IMG/VR virus record: IMGVR_UViG_3300032288_004815
Span: 1 to 64,000 of that record
Reading direction: 5' to 3' (one strand)
Origin: a virus
DNA length: 64,000 nt
Shown: positions 9,192 through 18,054 of the stretch, piece by piece
Layout of the letters: each line of letters begins with the position of its first letter
How positions within the stretch are numbered: position 1 is the first letter of the stretch
Translations under genes and position numbers: made by a program
The notes under the pieces: model-generated
The model's database searches: none
Seen by the model: the letters and a program-made list of their open reading frames with translations, nothing else
Told to the model about the DNA's origin: nothing

Positions 9192-9642
9192 AAATCAGAA
9201 ACATAAAGACGATCTAAACATTCAAATTGATGACTACCAATATGATTGGAATGATTTAAGCAAAAGTTTAAGTATCGGCAATGGTGTAATTGATACAACA
9301 TCAGGTTATAATGGTGCCATATCTGGTGCTTATAGTAGTGGTAATTACACTATTGCAGGTTCTGGTCAAAACACTGTTTGGGCAACTAGTGCATCCCCTT
9401 ATGTAATGAATACTAGTGGCAGAATAGATATCACCGGTGAACAAGCTGATATAAACATGAACGGTAAAAGTCTTAGAACATGGATGGAGGCTGTTGAACA
9501 ACGATTGGCAATTTTGCAACCCAATACCTTATTAGAAGCCGAATGGGCTGAACTAAAAGAACTAGGTGATCGCTATCGTACTTTGGAAAAAGATATCAAA
9601 GAGAAAATGAAAACCTGGGACATTTTAAAACAACCAGAATGA
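9181..9642 (+). CDS. Hypothetical protein with C-terminal coiled coil
   Basis: ORF in coupled series. Confidence 0.6.
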   Translation: MTTENQKHKDDLNIQIDDYQYDWNDLSKSLSIGNGVIDTTSGYNGAISGAYSSGNYTIAGSGQNTVWATSASPYVMNTSGRIDITGEQADINMNGKSLRTWMEAVEQRLAILQPNTLLEAEWAELKELGDRYRTLEKDIKEKMKTWDILKQPE

Positions 9643-9854
9643 AATTACAGTGCATCGAGGGTGAATACGAAGTTTCTTGGACCGGACATGCGGATCGAGC
9701 ACATCGAGCCATAACTTGGTGCAATGAACAATTTGGTGCCGGTTGGGGAAAAGTTAACTCTGCAGGCCCTGGGGGTTCAGGTGTGGCCTTTTACAAATTC
9801 ACATTTAAACGACTTTACCATGCACAATGGTTTATGTTGCGTTGGAGTTTATAG
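9639..9854 (+). CDS. Small hypothetical protein (C-terminal FxLxW family)
   Basis: WCNEQFG...AQWFMLRWSL. Confidence 0.6.
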   Translation: MKLQCIEGEYEVSWTGHADRAHRAITWCNEQFGAGWGKVNSAGPGGSGVAFYKFTFKRLYHAQWFMLRWSL

Positions 9855-9885
9855 ACAATTATTACAAATTGTGTTATAATAAACT

Positions 9886-10062
9886 ATGACAACTGTTTAT
9901 GTTAATGGCAATAAAATCAGTACATTTGATGCAATTATTTGGGCCAAAGAGCAATTTGGTTCAGAGGCATTTAAAATAATTACCCCTTTTCCTGGACAAA
10001 ATTGGCAATTTAAATTTATTGATGCGGGCCAAGCTACACTATTTGCACTTAAATGGACTTGA
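9886..10062 (+). CDS. Small hypothetical protein (C-terminal FxLxW family)
   Basis: 58-aa ORF MTTVYV...WAKEQFG...ATLFALKWT, below track cutoff; preceded by TAGACA-N17-TATAAT (9852-9880). Confidence 0.6.
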   Translation: MTTVYVNGNKISTFDAIIWAKEQFGSEAFKIITPFPGQNWQFKFIDAGQATLFALKWT

Positions 10063-10067
10063 ACTTA

Positions 10068-10331
10068 ATGGCCAAAACTCTTACAATCAGTGTTCAAAAT
10101 TGGCAAAAACTGCAATATAAACTCAAAGAACAATACAAAAACAAGCCCAGCGTAATGCTAATTTCATCAGTGATGCGACAGGAATTAGGATTTACAGTGC
10201 GTCAACACAGCACATGGGAAGATGACTCAAATTTTGGCAAATATCCAGTAGCGGTTATTTGTTTAGATTTTTATGATGATCAATTGGAAACTTTGTTTAG
10301 ATTAAAATATCTGGAATACTGTTATGATTAA
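10068..10331 (+). CDS. Hypothetical protein
   Basis: Ends LDFYDDQLETLFRLKYL. Confidence 0.6.
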   Translation: MAKTLTISVQNWQKLQYKLKEQYKNKPSVMLISSVMRQELGFTVRQHSTWEDDSNFGKYPVAVICLDFYDDQLETLFRLKYLEYCYD

Positions 10332-10596
10332 TATAAGATTTTCAATCACCAATCCTTGGAGCAGACTTTGGGATGCAGGCTGGTCTTGGGCTAATCAGCT
10401 GACCAAAAACAAAGCGTGGGAACTACAAATTTATCGTGCCAATATCGTTGCAGAATTTCAATTTGAGTTTACCCACAGACAAGATCATGCTGGACTGAGA
10501 CTAGAGTTTGGTCTTTTTAGTTGGTGTGCAACCTTTGTAATTCACGACACCAGACATTGGAACTATGCCACCGAACGATGGGAAACTTTCGAATAA
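10324..10596 (+). CDS. Trp-rich hypothetical protein
   Basis: Coupled ORF. Confidence 0.55.
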   Translation: MINIRFSITNPWSRLWDAGWSWANQLTKNKAWELQIYRANIVAEFQFEFTHRQDHAGLRLEFGLFSWCATFVIHDTRHWNYATERWETFE

Positions 10597-10607
10597 CAGG
10601 AATCGAA

Positions 10608-10904
10608 ATGAGTACAGACTATTGGCAGCGACTGGCATACAAGCCTAAATATTTCATAGGTGACAGAGTTTTTGGTCACTGGAATAAAATTCCATTTGTT
10701 GGATCGATAGGTAACGACACTGTAATATCCTCGGCACAAGGACCAAGAATAACTGTGCTTTTAGATTTGCCCATTGTCTACAATAATAAAGTTCACAATA
10801 TTATAGTTACAAAACATAAATACATAGCAAAACTTGTTAGTTTTGACAACCTACTCCCTATTAAAAAGAAAACGAATACAAATGGAAAAAATTCAATCCA
10901 CTGA
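10608..10904 (+). CDS. Hypothetical protein (SH3-like)
   Basis: AGGA SD before MSTDY; KYFIGDRV. Confidence 0.55.
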   Translation: MSTDYWQRLAYKPKYFIGDRVFGHWNKIPFVGSIGNDTVISSAQGPRITVLLDLPIVYNNKVHNIIVTKHKYIAKLVSFDNLLPIKKKTNTNGKNSIH

Positions 10905-11616
10905 TGTCTTACTTTCTCCACACAGACCAAAAGGCGCCTTTGTTGAAGATGTAACGCCACCTGCTAGTTTTACTTGGCTACCTTTACCAGATTTGCCACA
11001 CCCTCCTGAACACTTTATTCAAAGAGCGTATGAACTGCAAGAAAAAGGCAGTCAGGGATTACTAGAAGATGTTATTTTAAAAGCCGGTTATATCACCAAA
11101 GAACACAGAAACAGAACCATAGTGAAAAATGGTAAAGAACAAAAAGGACAACACCAAGTTGGTTTTGCCATGGGCGCAGACTGGGAGCAATGGGTAAGAG
11201 AAAATATCACCGAATATTTTTACGATACCCATGTAAGAACAACAGGTTCCCCGGATCCTAATAATGCCACAGAACTAGGGCCACACACGGACGGAACAAA
11301 ACTCAGACTGTTCTATCTAATTGAAAGAGGCAGCGACGAAACCAGTACCAGTTTTTATGTCAAACCAGGGTGGCCAATGGTCATTGATCATCGAAAAGTA
11401 CAAAAAGATTCTACTACAACTCCACATGTGGACAATGTAGACAAAGATGTAGTAGAAATAGATAGGGCATTTTTCCCTATTAGGCAATGGGTTCTATTGA
11501 ACAGTTGGGTATTACATGGGGTGAATAATATTCCTGCTGTTTTTAAAAGACTAAATTTTCAAATTGCTATTCCCAGCAGTTCTATCGTTCATCAAATAAA
11601 ATTTAAAAAACCATAA
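10882..11616 (+). CDS. Putative 2OG-Fe(II) oxygenase-fold protein
   Basis: PHTDG (HxD) ... LHGV ... R.NFQI. Confidence 0.55.
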   Translation: MEKIQSTDVLLSPHRPKGAFVEDVTPPASFTWLPLPDLPHPPEHFIQRAYELQEKGSQGLLEDVILKAGYITKEHRNRTIVKNGKEQKGQHQVGFAMGADWEQWVRENITEYFYDTHVRTTGSPDPNNATELGPHTDGTKLRLFYLIERGSDETSTSFYVKPGWPMVIDHRKVQKDSTTTPHVDNVDKDVVEIDRAFFPIRQWVLLNSWVLHGVNNIPAVFKRLNFQIAIPSSSIVHQIKFKKP

Positions 11617-11655
11617 CAGATAATTTAAAAATTATGTTGCGATATTAAATATTGA

Positions 11656-12393
11656 ATGCGTAATTTTTTTATATTTTTAACATTTTATTTGACTTTGACT
11701 TGTAATTATGCACAAAATCATAGCATAATAGTCTATAACACCCAAAACAATTCTATAATTAAGCAGTCAAATGCAGATGTGGTCAGGCCCATTGCCAGTA
11801 TTACTAAACTGATGACTGCTATTGTGGCCTTAGAAACATATAAGTTAGAACAAATTATTCACATAACAAAAAAACAAACAGTGGCTGTGGCTGATTTAAT
11901 CACTAGTTTACTGGTTCGCAGTGATAATTTTGCTGGTGAGCTATTAGCTAGACATTATCCCGGAGGCCGTGCAGCTTTTATAGCAACAATGAACGCTAAA
12001 GCAAAAGAATATAATTTAGTCAATACAAAATTTATTGATCCCACTGGTCTTGGAATTTTAAATATAAGCACAGCACTTGAACTTGTAAATTTAGTAGTCA
12101 AAGCTTACGAATATCCGTTCATAAGAACTGTATCCAATCAACCAGAAATTTACACCACAATAAAAACTAAATATGGATATAAGGAAATACCTATATATAC
12201 TAATACAAGTAGGGATTTGCTAAATGAATTCGACAATATTTTGCTTACCAAAACAGGCTATACCAGTGGCGCAGGACGGTGCATTACAGTAATGATTGAA
12301 AAAGATAATCAAAAACAAATAATAGTTATTTTGGGCGAACGGTCCAAACAGCATCGCGATAATTTGGCAAGACAGCTAATAGCTCAAATTTAA
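11656..12393 (+). CDS. D-alanyl-D-alanine carboxy/endopeptidase (peptidase S11, PBP7-like)
   Basis: Signal peptide; SITK (SxxK), SDN, KTG motifs. Confidence 0.9.
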   Translation: MRNFFIFLTFYLTLTCNYAQNHSIIVYNTQNNSIIKQSNADVVRPIASITKLMTAIVALETYKLEQIIHITKKQTVAVADLITSLLVRSDNFAGELLARHYPGGRAAFIATMNAKAKEYNLVNTKFIDPTGLGILNISTALELVNLVVKAYEYPFIRTVSNQPEIYTTIKTKYGYKEIPIYTNTSRDLLNEFDNILLTKTGYTSGAGRCITVMIEKDNQKQIIVILGERSKQHRDNLARQLIAQI

Positions 12394-12414
12394 CATCAGT
12401 GTTATAATACAGTT

Positions 12415-13002
12415 ATGAAAAAAATGAGTCGTAGTCCGGATCGACATAGTTTTCAAAAACGAAGCTATCAACGAAAGATAGAACAGGCAAAAAGCCAAAA
12501 CAGTGTGGACGCTGCTTTGTCCATGCTTAATCTATATGAAACTTGGAATCAACAGGAGTTGGAATTAGAAGAAAGTGATGAGTGGAAAAAGAACAACATG
12601 AGTTATGATCTTTGCACCACTGATTGGATTTTGGATAAAGTTAGATCCAGTAAAGCTTATGCTCAAAACTTGTATGCTGCTATGTGCAACAATAGTTTCC
12701 AAAAAATAGAAACCTGGCCAATTTTAAAAGACGAACAATGGTCCTGCAGTTGGCGCAGTGCAGGTGGTATTATAGCTGACATGCGTCAAGAAGGCGATTA
12801 CATAGATTGGTACTGTTCGGGGATCAGAAATTCTGATACAAGCACAGATGAAGAGCAATCAAATTGGACAGAAGAACAAAAACATAATTGGCAAACTATT
12901 TTTTCAAAATATGTTTCAGAAAGTTGTGTTACTGAAGAAATTGAAAATGATTTGAATAAACTAGGATGGCGAGTAATTAAAGATGACAACAAACCCATTT
13001 AA
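12415..13002 (+). CDS. Hypothetical phage protein
   Basis: YAQNLYAAMCNN, WSCSWRSAGGIIA, GDYIDWYCSG. Confidence 0.65.
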   Translation: MKKMSRSPDRHSFQKRSYQRKIEQAKSQNSVDAALSMLNLYETWNQQELELEESDEWKKNNMSYDLCTTDWILDKVRSSKAYAQNLYAAMCNNSFQKIETWPILKDEQWSCSWRSAGGIIADMRQEGDYIDWYCSGIRNSDTSTDEEQSNWTEEQKHNWQTIFSKYVSESCVTEEIENDLNKLGWRVIKDDNKPI

Positions 13003-13378
13003 AGATCAAGAGAAGTTTATGCGAGCCTGCGATCAAACTGTAGGTGAAGTAAATTATCAGCAAAAGATGCTGTATACCAATTTGATTGAAGAAGAATTCA
13101 ATGAGCTGAAAACTGCAAACAGTGAAGTTGAAGAACTCGACGCTCTAATTGATATTTTAGTTGTTACTATTGGAGCCATACATTCAATGGGTGCCGATGG
13201 GGAAGGTGCTTGGCGAGAAGTCATGCGTACAAACTTCGCGAAGATTGATTCCACAACAGGCAAGGTTCGTAAACGCGAAGATGGTAAAGTTTTGAAACCT
13301 GAAGGTTGGCAACCCCCCAACTTAAAGCCTTATGTTCGTCATGACATAGGCAATGGTTTTGTTCCAGAATTTTTTTAA
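12983..13378 (+). CDS. MazG-like NTP pyrophosphohydrolase
   Basis: LIEEEFNEL, ELDALIDILVV, REDGKVLKPEGW. Confidence 0.85.
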   Translation: MTTNPFKDQEKFMRACDQTVGEVNYQQKMLYTNLIEEEFNELKTANSEVEELDALIDILVVTIGAIHSMGADGEGAWREVMRTNFAKIDSTTGKVRKREDGKVLKPEGWQPPNLKPYVRHDIGNGFVPEFF

Positions 13379-13388
13379 GGAGTATATC

Positions 13389-14063
13389 ATGGACACAGTA
13401 ATTTATCGTACAGCCGGTGCAGTAAACGACGCAATGGTTCGTGTATATCAACACATGAGTCTTGCTGTGATTACCAGTATGGTAGTCAGTTATTTGGTGG
13501 GCACAACACCAGAACTGTTACAATTTTTCTTTACAGGTGTAATGAAATGGATTGTAATTTTATCACCTATTGCGGCTATTCTGGCTTTTAGTTTTGCAGC
13601 AGACAAATTCAGCAAACAAGGACTAACAATGTTCTTGCATGGCTTTGCAGCACTAATGGGACTGAGTTTTAGTGTTATCTTTGCTGTTTACACCATGGGA
13701 TCTATTGTATCAGCGTTTATGGGAGGTGCAATCTTGTTTGCGGTAATGAGCTTTTATGGTTATTTTACTCGCAGAGATTTGACTAGCATAGGGCAATTTT
13801 TATTTGTAGGTGTCATAGCCATTGTAATTGCCAGCCTTGTTAACTTGTTTATTGGCAGCACAGTAATGCAAATGGTAATAAGTGCTATTGCTATTATTGT
13901 ATTTCTGGGATTAACTGCTTATGATACACAAAATATTAGACAGTTGGTCAGCCAAGACACAGATACAGGTCGAGAAGAAGTTCTTGGTGCGCTAACACTT
14001 TATCTAGATTTTATCAATTTATTTTTAAGCCTATTACAGTTGTTGGGCGGAAAGAAGGAATGA
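13389..14063 (+). CDS. Bax inhibitor-1/YccA family membrane protein
   Basis: 7 TM segments, AYDTQNI, ALTLYLDFINLFL; AAGGAG SD before ATG 13389. Confidence 0.9.
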   Translation: MDTVIYRTAGAVNDAMVRVYQHMSLAVITSMVVSYLVGTTPELLQFFFTGVMKWIVILSPIAAILAFSFAADKFSKQGLTMFLHGFAALMGLSFSVIFAVYTMGSIVSAFMGGAILFAVMSFYGYFTRRDLTSIGQFLFVGVIAIVIASLVNLFIGSTVMQMVISAIAIIVFLGLTAYDTQNIRQLVSQDTDTGREEVLGALTLYLDFINLFLSLLQLLGGKKE

Positions 14064-14896
14064 GAAACTATTGGTCTTGCACACCTTTTGCGGACTGGCT
14101 AAGAGGTACTAAAAAACTTAAATATGGTACAGGGCCGCAATGGGATGAATGGGACAGTAATGCTAAAAAGGCACATCCCATTCGTTGGTGGCTGGCTGAA
14201 GAAGCCCTAGATCGTGTGCAAGATGTAGTTTTGTTTATTCCTGATAAATTACATGCTATTAAGTACTATATTAATAACCGTTGGATTACTCGCACTCATA
14301 GTCTTACCGCTAACTCACGGGACATTAAACCCGGTCAGTGGTGCGACGTGGGCGACCGGTTTCTACCTTGTTTGTTCAATGAGTTACAAGACTTTGTTGA
14401 AGTTGAGCTAGCATGGTGGCATCTTGCCTGGGAAGGCCCTGAAGTTCGTAAACAGTATAACATGCCATGGTGGGCTGTAGGTTGGTGGCGTGTTCGTGCA
14501 TGGCGCTGTCCGCAGGCCGGGCTTGACAATCTAAAGTGGCAAAGCGAACTTGTTTGGAAAGAAGAAGAATGTGAATCGGGCAGTCCAAATATCGGCAAGC
14601 CTACATATCAAGCCATTAAAGCACAAGAAATTCTAACACTATACAAGTGGTGGACTGAAGTGTATCCCAATCGCCCAGACCCGCATGATGCAAGTGGCTG
14701 GAGTGCTTACTGCGAAGCAATGCGTTTAAAATATCCAGGTAGTTTTATGTCTAGTCTAAACAGTAAAGATTCCGAAGACCGTAAAGCTAGCGACAAGGCT
14801 CATAAGCTACTTCGTAAAATTGAAGCAGCTTATGAAAAAGAAGATGAACAAATGATGATTCGTTTGATCAAAGTAAGAAATTCACTTTGGACCTAA
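14060..14896 (+). CDS. Hypothetical Trp-rich phage protein
   Basis: 278-aa ORF, ATGA-coupled. Confidence 0.7.
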   Translation: MRNYWSCTPFADWLRGTKKLKYGTGPQWDEWDSNAKKAHPIRWWLAEEALDRVQDVVLFIPDKLHAIKYYINNRWITRTHSLTANSRDIKPGQWCDVGDRFLPCLFNELQDFVEVELAWWHLAWEGPEVRKQYNMPWWAVGWWRVRAWRCPQAGLDNLKWQSELVWKEEECESGSPNIGKPTYQAIKAQEILTLYKWWTEVYPNRPDPHDASGWSAYCEAMRLKYPGSFMSSLNSKDSEDRKASDKAHKLLRKIEAAYEKEDEQMMIRLIKVRNSLWT

Positions 14897-14898
14897 AT

Positions 14899-15261
14899 AT
14901 GGACTTGATTATCGAATTTGCAATTTTTATGCTACAGGCATTTGGCTGGTATTTGGTTTTATCTTTAGTATTTGCCTGGATTTTAAAATTGAATGGCTAT
15001 GAAAAAAAAGTAGCACAGATTACTCAATTTAAAGAAAAAATAAATGAAATTGTTCACAGGGTTTCAGTAGAAAAACATGGAGAAATTTATTTGTGGTTTG
15101 ACGAGGATGACGGCGAATTTTTGGGCCAGGGCCGAACAGATCAAGAATGTATAGATCATATTAAACAAAGATTCCCGCAACATTTATTTCTTTTTAGTAA
15201 TAATCTTTATATTAAAGGTCCAGAGTGGACTTTTCAAAAGTACACTTTAGAAAAAAATTAA
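14899..15261 (+). CDS. Hypothetical protein with N-terminal membrane anchor
   Basis: Hydrophobic N-terminus; FLGQG..CIDHIKQRFP. Confidence 0.6.
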   Translation: MDLIIEFAIFMLQAFGWYLVLSLVFAWILKLNGYEKKVAQITQFKEKINEIVHRVSVEKHGEIYLWFDEDDGEFLGQGRTDQECIDHIKQRFPQHLFLFSNNLYIKGPEWTFQKYTLEKN

Positions 15262-15275
15262 AACCAAAGTTTTAC

Positions 15276-15304
15276 TTGTCCAATAATTACAATTCTGCTA
15301 TAAT
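15276..15304 (+). promoter_or_regulatory. sigma70-type early promoter
   Basis: TTGTCC-N17-TATAAT with extended -10 TG. Confidence 0.6.
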
Positions 15305-15336
15305 AAAGCCTTTGTAACAACTTAAAGGTTATCGCC

Positions 15337-15735
15337 GTGTCAATGCACTTGCATCATCCTAGTTTGAGTCTAGCTGGTAAGAAAAAAGGCAAGCAAAAAT
15401 TTCGTAATGCTGCCGAAGCACAAAGAGCCAGACAGTTAGCTGAAGATTGGGTATTGTTAAAACAAAGACACGGCGTGCCCAGCAAGGAGAAGTCTATGGG
15501 GAAGTTTTTTGAACCGTTGCACACTGCTTACAAACTTACCGCACCGCCTGGTCGCGAAACACAATCCGTAGGTCGCAGTGTTCCTGATACCCATCTCGGA
15601 GCAGTGACCAGTAAACCTCGTCAACACTATACAGGTACTAAAATGATTGGTATTGGCACACTGCATAAAAGCAATGCTGTGCCTATTTTCAGCGACGAAG
15701 ATGCCAAAGATCAAGCAAGGATGCGCCGTGGCTAA
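15337..15735 (+). CDS. Basic hypothetical phage protein
   Basis: C-terminal YTGTKMIGIGTLHKSNAVPIF...MRR motif of the kind seen in large myophages. Confidence 0.65.
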   Translation: MSMHLHHPSLSLAGKKKGKQKFRNAAEAQRARQLAEDWVLLKQRHGVPSKEKSMGKFFEPLHTAYKLTAPPGRETQSVGRSVPDTHLGAVTSKPRQHYTGTKMIGIGTLHKSNAVPIFSDEDAKDQARMRRG

Positions 15736-15988
15736 TTACATATATTATGGTATTAAAGATGACTATATGTGGTGTCTAAAAGGCGAAAGATTATTAACTG
15801 AATGGTTTTATCCACAATTATTTCGTGACAGTGACAGAGTTTATCGTCAAGGTCCCAAAGGAGGCGTAAAACTAGTGCGCTCAAATTGGGACATACCCAG
15901 AGCGCCTATGCTGGGTTACATAGGCGATAATCAAAGACTACTGAAAGAATTTATGTGGATCAAGTTAAAAGCTAAACATTTAAATTAA
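15728..15988 (+). CDS. Hypothetical protein
   Basis: SDRVYRQGPKGGVK...EFMWIKLKA; start uncertain. Confidence 0.5.
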   Translation: MANYIYYGIKDDYMWCLKGERLLTEWFYPQLFRDSDRVYRQGPKGGVKLVRSNWDIPRAPMLGYIGDNQRLLKEFMWIKLKAKHLN

Positions 15989-16012
15989 ACATATAAGGAG
16001 AACAATTTAAAA

Positions 16013-16231
16013 GTGGCCAAAGAAGAAGCAATGAAAATGCAGGGCAAAGTTACAGAAGTTCTGGGCAATGCTATGTTTCGTGTACAGTTAGATAATTCAG
16101 ATCACATGGTAACCGCCTATGTGGGCGGTAAAATGCGAAAACATGATATCAAAATTATTGCTGGTGATAAAGTTTCATTAGAAATAAGCCCCTATGATCT
16201 AACAAAAGGTCGCATCATGTATAGGCAATAA
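16013..16231 (+). CDS. infA: Translation initiation factor IF-1
   Basis: [24 protein letters not shown]...[28 protein letters not shown]. Confidence 0.95.
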   Translation: MAKEEAMKMQGKVTEVLGNAMFRVQLDNSDHMVTAYVGGKMRKHDIKIIAGDKVSLEISPYDLTKGRIMYRQ

Positions 16232-16239
16232 ATAATTGC

Positions 16240-16800
16240 ATGACACAAGAAATAAAAAAATTAATTGATTTAGTAGAATCTAAGGGCAAACAATTAGAAC
16301 TGATAAAATTGCCCTATGGCCGTAGTAGTTTAGCACCTATTATGAGCAAGCAAACTATAGATTATCATTATGGTAAACTGGCTCAGGGGTATGTAGATCG
16401 TTACAATAAAAAACAAGGAGATCCTGTTTTCAACGAAGCAGGTGCTTTCCTACATAATATTCTTTTTAGCCAATTTTCAAATCCCAGACCTAGTAATCAA
16501 CCCAGTGGGGCCAGCCTAAATCTTATCAAAAAGAAATATGGCGGTTTCAAAGAATTCAAAGAAAAATTCAAAGAAGAAGCCATGAAAATCCAAGGCTCCG
16601 GTTGGATTTACATGAGCCGTACGGGAGAGATTAAAACTATCAAAAATCACCAAATTAAAAACGATATAGCACTTTTAATTGATTGGTGGGAACATGCCTG
16701 GGCGTTGGACTATGGTGCCGACAAACAGCGATATTTAGATCGTATATGGCAATTGATTAATTGGGATCGTGTTAATATTAGAATCTACGCAGGAAAATAA
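16240..16800 (+). CDS. Fe/Mn superoxide dismutase
   Basis: [31 protein letters not shown]; all four metal ligands visible. Confidence 0.9.
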   Translation: MTQEIKKLIDLVESKGKQLELIKLPYGRSSLAPIMSKQTIDYHYGKLAQGYVDRYNKKQGDPVFNEAGAFLHNILFSQFSNPRPSNQPSGASLNLIKKKYGGFKEFKEKFKEEAMKIQGSGWIYMSRTGEIKTIKNHQIKNDIALLIDWWEHAWALDYGADKQRYLDRIWQLINWDRVNIRIYAGK

Positions 16801-16802
16801 TT

Positions 16803-17129
16803 ATGTTAACTATTAGTGAAAATGCAGTTAACAAAATTCGTGACTTGTTAGCTGAAGAAAACAATCCTCATTTAAAACTACGCACTTTTGTACAAGGTGG
16901 CGGCTGTTCAGGTATGCAGTATGGTTTTACTTTTGACGAAGAGCAGAATGAAGATGATTTTACTATAGAAGAAAATGGTGTTACTGTTTTAATAGACAGT
17001 GCTAGCATGATGTACTTAGACGGCGCCAGCATCGATTACAAAGAAGATGTCATGGGCAGCAGTTTTACTATCAATAATCCCAACGCAGAAACCACTTGCG
17101 GTTGCGGCAGCAGTTTTAGCCCTTATTAA
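16803..17129 (+). CDS. erpA: Fe-S cluster insertion protein (ErpA/IscA family)
   Basis: [25 protein letters not shown]. Confidence 0.92.
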   Translation: MLTISENAVNKIRDLLAEENNPHLKLRTFVQGGGCSGMQYGFTFDEEQNEDDFTIEENGVTVLIDSASMMYLDGASIDYKEDVMGSSFTINNPNAETTCGCGSSFSPY

Positions 17130-17130
17130 A

Positions 17131-17168
17131 GTTTTAAACCCGCTAAATAAGTAAAACGGGTTTAAAAC
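17131..17168 (+). promoter_or_regulatory. 12-bp inverted repeat enclosing a TAAATA late promoter
   Basis: GTTTTAAACCCG-ctaaataagtaaaa-CGGGTTTAAAAC, directly upstream of the virion gene block. Confidence 0.6.
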
Positions 17169-17172
17169 AACT

Positions 17173-18045
17173 ATGGCTTTATTACCAAATATCAATGTAG
17201 GATCAGCACCTAATGACGGTACAGGAGATACCATTAGGAATGCGTTCATCAAAGTAAATGAAAACTTTCAATTTATTGAAACTTTTTTTCCTAATACAGA
17301 TGTTGCTAATTTAACTGCTAATATTACTAGCACAGGTACCAGCACTTTTAACATTGTCAATGCTGCAACTGTTGGTAATGCGGGAACTACCTTTGTCGGA
17401 ACAAGTATTTCAGCTGCAACTGTTGGTAATTCGGGCACAGCTTTTACCGGAGCTAGTTTAAGCGCAGCAACAATTGGTAATGCGGGTACAGCTTTTACCG
17501 GAGCAAGTATTTTAGCTGCAACGGTTGGTAATGCAGGAACTGCTTTTACTGGGGCAAGTATAAATGCAGCCACCATTGGTAACACTAATGCTCTACTCAC
17601 TGGAACATTAACCACACCAGTTCAATCAAATATAAGCCAAATAGGATCGTCTATTACATCAAATGTATCTATTGTGGGTAACATTACATTATCAAGTACA
17701 ACAATTACAGGTTTGTTAGCAACAGTCAATCAAGTTGGAACAAGAACAGGCGGTGATCATAATATAGGATTTACAACCTCTAATATTCAAACTATTGCTT
17801 TTTACATGAACAGTAATGTAAATTTAACTTTAGTAGGCACAATCGAATCTGGTACCCAAAAAGATTTTTATTTTATTAACAACACCGGCACACTAAAATC
17901 AACAAATATATTTGTATATGGTAACAGAACAAATAAAGGAACAAATGTTAATATAGGAGTTGCTAGTAACACTGTGACTTTAATAAAAATGATTGCCTTA
18001 GATACTACACCTAATAACTTAGTGGCTATTATAAGCAATGTATAA
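17173..18045 (+). CDS. Virion structural protein (baseplate/fibre-associated)
   Basis: N-terminal INVGSAPNDGTGDTIRNAFIKVNENF resembles T4 gp9/gp10-type N-termini; internal 17-aa repeats. Confidence 0.7.
   Translation: MALLPNINVGSAPNDGTGDTIRNAFIKVNENFQFIETFFPNTDVANLTANITSTGTSTFNIVNAATVGNAGTTFVGTSISAATVGNSGTAFTGASLSAATIGNAGTAFTGASILAATVGNAGTAFTGASINAATIGNTNALLTGTLTTPVQSNISQIGSSITSNVSIVGNITLSSTTITGLLATVNQVGTRTGGDHNIGFTTSNIQTIAFYMNSNVNLTLVGTIESGTQKDFYFINNTGTLKSTNIFVYGNRTNKGTNVNIGVASNTVTLIKMIALDTTPNNLVAIISNV
17362..17595 (+). repeat. 51-bp (17-aa) degenerate tandem repeat, about 4.5 copies
   Basis: AATVGNAGTAFTGASIx units starting at 17362, 17413, 17464, 17515, 17566. Confidence 0.9.
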
Positions 18046-18054
18046 AGAATAAAA

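Noticed and set aside
17268-17615. Repetitive minus-strand ORF
   Set aside because: Antisense shadow of the 51-bp repeat.
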